Source: Hormiphora californensis
Taxonomy: Eukaryota; Animalia; Ctenophora
Direction of reading: 5' to 3'
Length of the DNA: 64,000 bases
NCBI GenBank assembly: GCA_020137815.1
Contig: CM035350.1
Span: forward strand, 5,022,001 to 5,086,000
Numbering within the stretch: position 1 is the stretch's first letter; each line of letters starts with the position of its first letter. This document shows positions 47,601 through 57,900 of the stretch, one piece after another. The notes under the pieces are model-generated. The model was not told the origin of the DNA. It was given only the letters and a program-made list of their open reading frames with translations, and did not search any database. Both the position numbers and the translations under genes were made by a program.

Positions 47601-49710
47601 ATCTCCCTCAATTTTTCCACGAAACCGAAATTTTTGACATGGAATAGTTAGAAAAGGGTTGTGCAGAGCCATTCCATGTCTGAAATCTGAATTTGTTTGC
47701 ATGTGCTTGGTGCAGTGAATGTTTCCAAAAATTGTTTCAAATAGCCAGGAAAACAGTTTTTGCCCCAAATTCGGCCAATTTTTGGCGGAAATGGCTAAAC
47801 TCATAATTCATATCCTCCCTATGCCCAAAATGAACATCAAAAATTTCCGACAGCGGATTTGGAGAAAAGTGTTTCAAATAGCCCTCCGCAGTGTTTCAAG
47901 TTACCAGACTCGCTTGCCCTGCAGCTCATAACATAGCGAAAACCACTGAACCCGACTAATTTCGATACGCTGAATCACGTAAGCAACTTTTCCAATCCGT
48001 ATGAGGTCGATAAAGTGCCCTAATTGAGTATAATTGGGTCTAATTGACCTTAATTGCTCAATTAAGGCATTTTCCCGACCTCTGAGGGATTGGAAAGGTT
48101 GCTTACGTGATTCAGCGTATAAAAATTAGTCGGAAAAGTGCCCTCACATAAGTATAAATCATTTCCAGGTGAAAAGTTGTAAATGGGGTAAATAAGACCC
48201 AATTATGCTTAATTAGAACACTTTTCCGATCTGAGACGGAGCCCAGAGGTTTAAAAAAGCTATTTATAATTATATTTAAGTTTCTCAATTTTCATTTTTT
48301 GAAATAAAGAGGAAATCTTTGAATTTTTTGTTTAAACACAAGGATTGTTTCTATTCCAGAATTTAAAACAACGGCATGAGTACCTACTGTTTGCTATGCA
48401 TCTCCCAAGACAAGCTACTACATACGCGGCACTACGTTTCAAATAGCCAGACCATGCGTTTCAAATAGTCAGACACTGTTTCACATTGGCAGGCGTTTCA
48501 AATAGCCAGTGGCTACCCTACTCACTTCATCACCAATATATTACATGTAGAATCATCTGGGGACTCAACATTTGTCAAACTGATTTGGCAAATCGTCTAT
48601 TTACTCAATATTCTTTACTCGCTTATATTCGCTCTCTTTTTCAGAGTAATGCAAATGATCCCGGTAAGGGAAATAAGAACAGGAGTTTTTGGATGAATTA
48701 CAGGACATCATTCATCATGATATTTCTCTATGCCATATCCCAGTTCCCCCGCTGGATATACATCTTCCTTACCATAGCCATTGCCACCAACGAAATAAGT
48801 GAGTGCAGTAAAGTAGATCTAAATTAAAGTATAAAATTAAATTAAATTAAAGTATTATCCTAAACTCATTGTCAGAGTTTTTATTATTCTCAAACTTTTC
48901 AACACTACTTTAAACAAATTAATTTGAGCCTGATGAAGAGGTAGATCCTCGAAACTTGTTGTGACAATTATACACGTCTGTTTCATTCGTTCAGCCCAGA
49001 GAGAATAATAAAAACTCTGACAATAAAACATGAGGCTAATCCTAAACTCAAATACAATATCCATACACGGTCGCTTGTAGTGGGAAAACGGTAATGGAAA
49101 ACTGAGATACAGTAAGACGACGTGCAACCGTGGCCAATCAGGGCGCTAGTACGTGCTGAACACATGCACTTTTTGCCGTGCGTTATGCAACGTGCGCATC
49201 TCATTACTGTATTTCTATTACGGTAATACGACTACAAGCAGCACTGTAATACAAAGATCGCTTCTGTCTAGATGATGTTTGGTTTATTTGAATCACCGGC
49301 CCCAACTAACCCCGCTGTGTTTTACAGGCTTGAAACCTGATTACCGGGTAGCCGATTTCATAGTAGTGTGGTCTAGTTTTGGAAGTATTCTTATACCCTT
49401 TGGATACCTTGTTACCTGTCCCACTTACTTCAATCAGGTACACGATCGGTGCAGTGGGATCAGAGCAGGAACCGACCGAATCAGGAAATACTGGTCCCTG
49501 ATTGGCTGATAACCAATCACGTGACCTAAATAACGAGTGCTGATTGGTTGTTTACTTGTTTCGGTCGGTTCCTGGATCAGAGTTTCCCAGAGTTGTGGTT
49601 CATAATTGTCGGGCTTCGAAATATTATTATTCTAGGTTCCCAGAATATACAGCCCCATATTTGACCGTTTTAGAGTGCATATAATAAATACAAGACCATA
49701 TTCTAGCTAG
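44674..49710 (+). CDS. Divergent class A (rhodopsin-like) GPCR, ~8 exons
   Basis: TM1 GLISN (44674-44855); TM2 plus WTLGSSWC (45061-45198); TM3 (46080-~46214); TM4 and ECL2 Cys (46385-46531); TM5 (47011-47105); TM6 QFP (~48645-48799); TM7 IPFGY (49329-49437); probable last exon 49636-49710. Introns have GT-AG boundaries. Confidence 0.8.
45640..46061. repeat. Intronic ~17-19-bp minisatellite
   Basis: Variants of cacccttctatcactaa. Confidence 0.9.
47129..47237. mobile_element. 109-bp hAT MITE, copy 2
   Basis: Same sequence as 31458-31566; perfect 8-bp TSD atatgtaa. Confidence 0.9.
47370..48520. mobile_element. Non-autonomous TIR element (~1.15 kb)
   Basis: tagggtagccactggctatttgaaac / gtttcaaatagccagtggctacccta; subterminal gtttcaaatagcc repeats; no 8-bp TSD seen. 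Confidence 0.8.
48890..48928 (+). other. Genomic copy of the ctenophore spliced leader exon, not followed by a GT donor
   Basis: tcaaacttttcaacactactttaaacaaattaatttgag matches the ctenophore SL as I recall it (..TTTCAAACTTTTCAACACTACTTTAAACAAATTAATTTGAG). The next bases are cctg. Confidence 0.85.
48929..48988 (+). ncRNA. Minimal type I hammerhead ribozyme core (probably impaired)
   Basis: CTGATGA at 48930-48936; stem II gagg/cctc; GAAA; stem III cttgt/acacg with one mismatch; GTC cleavage triplet at 48976-48978. Confidence 0.65.
49466..49574. mobile_element. 109-bp hAT MITE, copy 3
   Basis: Same family; perfect 8-bp TSD gatcagag. Confidence 0.9.
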
Positions 49711-50248
49711 TGCAGTATAATACCTCTCAGCAGCTCTGCACAGCTACATAATAGGTGACAATTGCTCAGCTGCATGGTCTATTTAAGAACCGCTAATGCA
49801 CGCTCGTATGTGAGAAAGACGTTCGAACCTAAAATATCTGGGCTCTAAGTACGTTCATAATATGGTCATTAAGTACCTAGATACTTGCATCAATATATAG
49901 CCATTCTACTCGAATAATGCTCTACCCACTCGCCACACTGTAATTATAGCGACTAAGCTGATATGGGTTTGTATCTCATGTGGTCTAATTTCAGTAGCTC
50001 GACTGGAAACCACACATTTTACCATGTATACTAGTATGCTAGTGGTGTTTCCTTCCCCGTAATACGGGCGGGGGACACGGCGGGTCTCATTCAGACAACT
50101 GTAATCATCTCCTTGCCATGGTACACAGTCTGTCGTTTGCGCGATGAATATCGCCTCCGACGCTCGGCCTGTGAGAGCCGACAGACTGGGAACAATCAAT
50201 CCGCTCCAGCTGTTAGAGAACAATCCATGACCTTCCGTCGGATGCAGT

Positions 50249-51197
50249 TTGCGAATACAAAGTACACAGAAACATTCACACGCCTACCTAGGTTACCGAG
50301 CGCTCCGAAAGCACTGGTGGAGTTGTGGGGAAGATGAACCCATGAGCAGAAAGGATAAGCTGTACTGCCGAATGATCGAGAAGGAGTTCTACCAGTCCTG
50401 TACTGTTAACGACATGCAGAGTCCCAAGATAGATTGTGGGGTGAACTGTAGGGATGGAGTCTGCTACAAGATGTATGGAGAGAATCTGAAGGTTCCTGCT
50501 GGTACCACGGTTTGGTCGGAAAACGAAAAATATGCCATTGTCGCTCAGGTAACCTATACTATAAGATCTGAATTCTGATAAGTGATATAAGCAATCGCAA
50601 TTCTCTCAATCAAATGAATATTTTACCGCTATTTTTATTGATCATCCATTACAGACAGATGACAATGTGGTCCTTTACTGTAAGGGAGGAATACCCAACT
50701 GGCACACTGACACTTGGGACGAGGGGAATGATGGGTTTGAGATAACCAGCGATGGGGAGCTGGTTGTTTACGGAAGATTCAAGGACTATAAAAGTGGAAC
50801 CAAAGGTAATTTCCATACAACTGTGTTGGTGACGCAGTCACCCTTACAACTCGCACGCCAAAACGAAGCCCGCGTCGCCACCAAACAACTGTGAAGTAAA
50901 CACTTGGCGCCTTGGTAATTGTTCCACTGGAGTAGGTACATTAAATGACCGTCATATAGCCGACAGTGCATCTAGTTGACCGACGTGCAAATGAGCACTG
51001 CACTGAATGGTCAGAGTTTAAATTACTACAATTACTACAGATAAATAATCCCCTTCTTTTCAGCTGGGTACTCGCCTAGTGGACCGGGTATCAACCAGTT
51101 TTCTCTGACTGTTGAAAACGATGGTAACATGGTTATCAGGGATTTCAGAACAGATCAATTGGTCTGGGAGGTGGGAAGCGAGAGGGGAGACTGCTAA
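50249..51197 (+). CDS. Bulb-type (GNA-like, B-lectin) domain protein; 5' end unresolved
   Basis: WSENEKYAIVAQ|TDDNVVLY matches QxDxNxVxY; ITSDGELVVY and LTVENDGNMVIRD..LVW follow. Exons run to 50548, 50655-50805 and 51064-51197. Confidence 0.7.
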
Positions 51198-51525
51198 CTG
51201 TTCACATGATAACATGATGGAGCGAGAGGGCCTTGCACTTTAAGTTTAACTAGACGCTGCACCATACCATGCTCATACTTAGTCCAATATAAACTAAAAA
51301 GTGTCTAAAAAGTGTCTGAAAATGTACATTCTTTATTCTAGTTTATTCTGGATTGTTATACAGATGGTGCTGTCCTTACATGCGCTGATATTATTATTAT
51401 TATTATTAACATCTTATTCAACCTTGAATAATGTTTTGAGTTTTCTTGTTTTCTAAATTATGTCGAACGGTTGCGGTAAAAGTTCTGGTAGTGGTACAGA
51501 ACTCATGTGCACACGCTGAAAATTA

Positions 51526-51663
51526 GGGGGGGGGGGTGACACGTAACACTTTGTAACATTTAACACGCACAAAGAGTTTTCCGCACATGTTACAAAGTGT
51601 TACAAAATGTTACAAAAAAATTTCTGCACATGTTACAAAGTGTTACGTGTCCCCCCCACCCCC
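51526..51663. mobile_element. Short palindromic MITE-like element
   Basis: G-run-gacacgtaacactttgtaacat / atgttacaaagtgttacgtgtc-C-run. Confidence 0.6.
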
Positions 51664-51802
51664 AAGTAAGTACACAGCTCTTTTCTGGGACCTTGGTAAC
51701 TCGGGGCAGCTGAAATGGGTCATGCACGGGAGCTCACTAGTTTATATTTCGTCTTAGTGGTGAAAACGGAGATACGGTAAGAAGACGTAATTCCATTGCG
51801 GT

Positions 51803-51940
51803 AATTACACGACAGTTACCCAATAATTACACGAAAATTACCCAATAATTACACGAAAATTACCCAATAAGTACACGACAGTTACCCAATAATTACACGA
51901 CAAATACCCAATAATTACACGACAATTACACGACAGTTAC
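51803..51940. repeat. ~22-bp minisatellite
   Basis: Variants of aattacacgacagttacccaat. Confidence 0.85.
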
Positions 51941-51944
51941 TCAC

Positions 51945-54900
51945 CCGTGTCCACTTAAGCGATCCCCCGCAGTAAGAGATCATTCGTTGGAGAGTCTCTA
52001 TTGCATATACTGCATCTCCAACACAGTATATGTGAACCGCTGCTTTTATACGGGATAGAGCCGCTCCTAAACTGAAGAAGGATATACAAGGTGGGCCACG
52101 GATTGTTGGTAAGGGTTAGCGAGTTGTCCTGTCAAAACGGTGATAGTTGCGAGAATAAAAATCATGGGAGCACTCTGGATTAATTTCTTGGTAACTTTTT
52201 CCATAATTTTTTGTCAAAAATTCGAAAATTCATTTTTCATTCCTTCATTCATTTCTCGTTCATTTATGATGTGAGCATCCTAATTTTCCATCATGGTGCT
52301 ATTTTTCTTTGGCTTGAATTTATCTTTCCAATGAACACCATAAAAATGAAATTGAAGCACCAGGTCACGTTGCAGTTGAGAAAATGCTCATGCATGATTT
52401 TGGCTCTTCCTGCGAATTTCAATGAGCTGTATCACGGCTCCCTTTTGTTCAATCTTTTTCAAAATTTGGGTGAACATTGGATAAACAAAGATCTTTGCTC
52501 ACAAGAAAAATCAAGGTCAAAACTCAAAGTTCATTTTTTATTTTTGGTAGTTCATTCCACTCATTCAGGAACTAACATCCCTAAAGTCATGAAAAGTTTT
52601 GGGTTTTGTTTGGCCTATGCTCTGCAATGCCAGAGAGGTGTAGTAGCGTGTTTCCGGGCTAGTTTTTGGGTGTCCATGTGATCATGATGATACCTGACAC
52701 CTTATTTGGGCCATAATTAAGAGATTTTCTCAAGTTGAAGCATGTGACTTGGGTTTTCTGTGATTGATATCGTGAAACAATGTTATGGGATCCCATAGCA
52801 CCCCTAAAATGATGATTAATTCAACAAAATGAGTTGATTTATGATCGAAATTGTTTGTTTAGTTGAGTTTGTCTTCGGTTTAAATCTTTTCGATCATAAA
52901 TCAACTCATTTTGTTGAATTAATCATCATTTTAGGGGTGCTATGGGATCCCATAACATTGTTTCACGATATCAATCACAGAAAACCCAAGTCACATGCTT
53001 CAACTTGAGAAAATCTCTTAATTATGGCCCAAATAAGGTGTCAGGTATCATCATGATCACATGGACACCCAAAAACTAGCCCGGAAACACGCTACTACAC
53101 CTCTCTGGCATTGCAGAGCATAGGCCAAACAAAACCCAAAACTTTTCATGACTTTAGGGATGTTAGTTCCTGAATGAGTGGAATGAACTACCAAAAATAA
53201 AAAATGAACTTTGAGTTTTGACCTTGATTTTTCTTGTGAGCAAAGATCTTTGTTTATCCAATGTTCACCCAAATTTTGAAAAAGATTGAACAAAAGGGAG
53301 CCGTGATACAGCTCACTGAAAGTCGCAGGAAGAGCCAAAATCATGCATGAGCATTTTCTCAACTGCAACGTGACCTGGTGCTTCAATTTCATTTTTACGG
53401 TGTTCATTGGAAAGATAAATTCAAGCCAAAGAAAAATAGCACCATGATGGAAAATTAGGATGCTCACATCATAAATGAACGAGAAATGAATGAAGGAATG
53501 AAAAATGAATTTTCGAATTTTTGACAAAAAATTATGGAAAAAGCTACCAAGAAATTGATCCAGAGTGCTCCCATGATTTTTATTCTCGCAACTATCACCG
53601 TTTTGACGGGACAACTCGCTAACCCTTACCAACAATCCGTGGCCCACCTTGTATATTGAGACGTATGAATATAAGGTTGGGATCAGAGAGCGAACAAAAG
53701 TTAAAAACTCTCCCCGGTTGAAGACTTTCTAAAGTCATTGTATTACAAGAACTGCATATATTTACCTAGAAAAGTATTGTTTTTGTTGTTCCATTTGAAG
53801 GGCACTGGGTAACGTTGAGGAGTGTAGCTCTCCTCCTGTGAATATTATAATATGCTTCACTGCACCATCTACCTGAAGGATAAAGTTTAGTATGTTGTAT
53901 TGATGGGAATGGGATGGGAATGGTTGTGTGATGTGTGTCGTTGCTGCCAACGTCCACCGCTCACATGACAAGTCCGATCAGTCCACCTCCCCGTGGTCCA
54001 TCCTGGGTCATGCTAAGAGACTGAGGGGCAATGCGGCGTGTCGTGCTAGCAACTCGTCACGCTTTAAAATCTTGCTACGAATCTCTCGGTGTCCTCCTCA
54101 AATTTGGCGTCGGTGAAAGCTGGCAAGCACCTTATTCCGGACAGCGAGGTTAGGGTGACCAGAGGACGGGAGGAGGGTAAAGCTGGGTCAGGTGATTCGG
54201 GGCCCTCCGACCTGATGGGAGTCTCGGATCTGGTGTCATTCAATCGCAGAGTTATTTCTGGCCAACACATCCCTGGTGTGGCCGCTCCGGGTTCTTTTAG
54301 TTCCTTTAGTTCTTTTAAGCCAATTAATGCAGTCCGTAATCATTTTCATCTGGCAACTTGGAATGTTTTATCTCTACAGTCATCATCCTCTAAGTTGTAC
54401 GAATTATCAAACGCAGTTTCATCTTTCCAACTTGACGTTTTGCTTCTCACAGAAACGCACTGGCCTGGTACGGAGGTTATGACCCTGGATAACGGGCATC
54501 TTTTTATTAACTCTGGCAGGGCAGATGGTTTGAGGCGGCAAGGTGTTGGGTTGGTGTTATCAAAATCTGTCAAGAAGTCCTTAATTTCCTACAGTCCCTT
54601 CTCTGAGCGCATCATGGCAGCCCGACTGCACACCAAACATGTTAATATCTCCCTTGTTATTGCATATGCTCCAACCAATGATAAGGATGACGCGGTCAAG
54701 GAGGAGTTCTACAACCAGTTATCATCGGTTTTGGATAGGCTTCCTCGGCAGGACGTGGTCTTCTTGGGCGGGGATTTCAACGCGAGGGTTGGTGGCGGGC
54801 ACTCTCTCCACCAAGTTTCTAATGACAACGGTGAGCGGTTGGAGGATTTGTGTGGGATTCATCAGTTGTCTATTGGTGCGAAGATGTTCCCTCATAGGGA

Positions 54901-57900
54901 TCACCACAAGGGAACCTGGAGATCTCCTGACGGTACCACTGTGACGCAGATAGACCATCTGTGTGTCGGCAACAAGTGGCGAAGTTCTCTGTTGGATGTT
55001 AGGGTCCTAAGGAGTGCAGACATCGGGTCTGATCACTACCTGGTTCGGGGTAAGGTTAGGATCCGGCTGAGTGCAGCTAAGAACTGTAGGAAACCGGTCA
55101 GGGAGGTTCCAGCTATAGAGAATCTCAGGAAGGGGTGTGATGAGACACGCACGGAATACAATGTCTCTCTCCGGAACAGGTTTGAATCTCTGGAGCCTGA
55201 GGAAAGTCTGGAGGGTCAGTGGCGGCAAGTTAAGGAGGTAATCGGTGAGGTGTCACTGGAGGTCCTGGGAGCGCGGCCGAAACGGATTCGTCAGCAGCAC
55301 TTGTCTCTGGAGACTCGAGACCTCATCGCCCAACGTGCTGAGCTGAAGAAGAATGATCCCGAGGGTGGATCTGAGTACTCTAGGCTTAATAAGCTGGTCA
55401 AGAAAGCAGCACGGGTGGACGATGAAAGGTGGGCGGATAGTTTGGCGTCTGATCTGGAGGATGCTGCGGTGCACGGGCGGCAGAGGGAACTTTGGCAGCA
55501 TATGAAAGATCTGTCAGGTGTGAGGAAACGCGGCGGTACTGCTGTTCGTGATAGGAACGGTGAACTCATCGCTGATCCTGTTCAACAGCGGGAGCGCTGG
55601 GCGGAGCACTTCTCTGAGCTGCTAAACCCCCCTGTAACTACATCACAGCTCTCGGATCTGGATGGTCTGGAGGTGGACCCGTGCTTTGAGGATCTTGGTG
55701 AGGATGATCCTCCGCCTTCTCGTGGAGAAGTTTTAGTGGCACTGAACAGGCTCAAAAACCATAAGAGTCCTGGCGTTGATGGGATCTCGAACGAACAGCT
55801 ACGGTATGGCTCGTCCGGTCTTGTTGGCCCCCTTGTGGACCTGTTTGGTGGAGTCTGGAGGGAGGAGAAGGTCCCGGAGGAGTGGTTAAAGGGTGTCATC
55901 TCGGTGATTCCCAAGAAGGGTGACGCCAGTGTGTGCTCAAATAATAGGGGCATCACTCTGCGATCTACCACTTCCAAGCTGTTCCAGATAATTATGCTGA
56001 ACAGGTTGTCTTCTGGTCTTGAATTGGCACTTCGAGAGAATCAGTGTGGATTCAGACGTAACCGGTCTTGTGTGGATCAGATTTATTCCCTCCGTACCAT
56101 CATCCATCAGTGTATAGAATATAATTTACCGTTGTATATAAACTTTATTGACTTCAAATCAGCATTTGATTGTATTAACAGGGATTTTATCTGGGCCGCA
56201 TTTCGCCATTATGGTCTTCCAGAGAAGTATGTCCGGATAATTCGAGCATTCTTTGACGGTACTGTGAGTGCAGTGAAACATGACGGAGAGCTCTCCAGCT
56301 GGTTCAGTGTCCTCAGTGGTACCGGTCAGGGCGACATTCAGGGTCCACCAGTCTTCAACATCGTGATTAACTGGGCGGCTCAGCTTGCTGAGTCCAACAA
56401 GACTGTCTCCAGGGGTCTCACTCTTCACGGCGCTGAGAGTGATGAGGGTGGGGAATGGATCATGGATCTCGACTATGCTGATGACATGGCTGTAATGGAT
56501 GATACTGAGGAAGGGCTCCAGGAGTCAACAGATTTGCTGGTAAAATACGCAGGGTACGCTGGTCTGAAGATTAATGCGAAGAAGACCAAAGTTGTGGCTT
56601 TTTCAAAGGGTCTTAGCCAGCGCCCATTTTCAGAGGCGGATACGGTCAGCATCTCTGTGGAGGGTAATCCGGTTGAGCAGGTTTCCAGTTTTACCTATCT
56701 CGGATCGGCGTTGTCCTCTGACGGTACCATCGACAAGGAGCTTGGTATCAGGATAGGGAAGGCTTACAGTGCATTCAGTATGCTTTGTAGGATCTGGTAC
56801 AACCGTAACATCAGGACCTGTACCAAGATCAGGATATACAGAGCTGCTGTTCTGACAGTTCTTCTCTATGGTTGTGAGGCCTGGACAACTACTCAGGTCC
56901 AAGATCGCCGGGTGGAGGCGTTCCACCAACGGTGCCTGCGTAGAATCCTGAGAATACAGTGGTTTAGGAGAGTATCTAACAGGGAGGTACTGGAGAGGGC
57001 GGGGATAGAACCAATCTCGAACTTCATTGGCAATGGGAGACTCCGCTGGTTTGGACACCTGATTAGAATGCCTGAGGGTAGGGTGCCCAACAAACTCTAC
57101 CACTGGGTGCCTAGTCATGGGAGACGTTCCAGAGGAAGACCGCGTAAAACCTGGTCCTCCTGTGTGCTGAATGATTATCGAGACGCTACGGGTCAATCCC
57201 AGTCTCTCCGTGCAATTACTAACACTGCAGAGAACAGAAATGAGTGGAGACAGCTCACGTCATTACGAGCGAGGATACTTGGAGCCGGCCACTCGAATGA
57301 TTGAGGAGACCGTACCAAGTATCAAGTAAGTAAGTAGTAATTCTGATAAGTTTTCAAAATTTTACTTTACTGGTTCATTTCATTTGATAAGAGGGGTGTG
57401 ATGATATATGTGGTGTTTAGTGAAATTAGTTCAAAGAGGGTTGAGCAAGGCAAGCTCTGTGATGGCTCGCCAGAGCGCCAGAGCAAGAATTCCCTACCTG
57501 AGCGAGTTTGAGAAAGGTAACCAGCATCTCGAATGTGAACCCAAAACATTTTCCATCTCCCTTGTTGACCCTCTTCTGCCTCAAAAACGGGGTATTTCCC
57601 CCTGACATGGCCTTGTCCTTTCTCATCAGACCGGTAGATATATCTCCCAGTATCTCCAGGAGTCTGGCCCGGGATGTTGATATTTCACAGATCATCTCAT
57701 TCCAGTGGGCTGTTAGGAACGGCAGAAGATCCTTTGACATAGAACCTGGGGGGGGGGGGGGGGGAATGGGGTAATATTCCTAATTCCAGTGAAGAATATT
57801 GACATTTTATCAAATATCCAGTACCGATTAAACCCCCTCCCTAACTTATGGATCTTTATTACCTGATAGGACTTCAGTTTCGATAATACCTCCCGGGGAT

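Larger units (their letters stand above)
48869..49038 (+). mobile_element. 170-bp retro-insertion: inverted segment + spliced leader + hammerhead (Penelope-like or retrozyme-like)
   Basis: 12-bp TSD atcctaaactca (48857-48868, 49039-49050); 24-bp perfect inverted repeat at 48868-48891 / 49001-49024. Confidence 0.8.
53911..57335 (+). mobile_element. Full-length RTE-clade LINE
   Basis: 5' ribozyme, a single EN-RT ORF, a very short 3' UTR and an (AAGT)n tail. It lies in an intron of the Sec23-like gene. Confidence 0.92.

Noticed and set aside
48890-48990. Functional SL RNA gene
   Set aside because: There is no GT donor after the leader, the leader is 5'-truncated, and it sits inside a TSD-flanked insert.
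52211-53647. Mirror-image 156-aa and 196-aa ORFs
   Set aside because: They are by-products of the palindrome and show no transposase or other recognisable motif.
54276-57196. Many short overlapping or antisense ORFs within the LINE ORF (likewise within the iGluR)
   Set aside because: They are shadow frames of a long GC-richer coding sequence.
57305-57360. Target-site duplication of the RTE LINE
   Set aside because: I found no convincing match between the sequence before 53902 and the sequence after the (AAGT)n tail.
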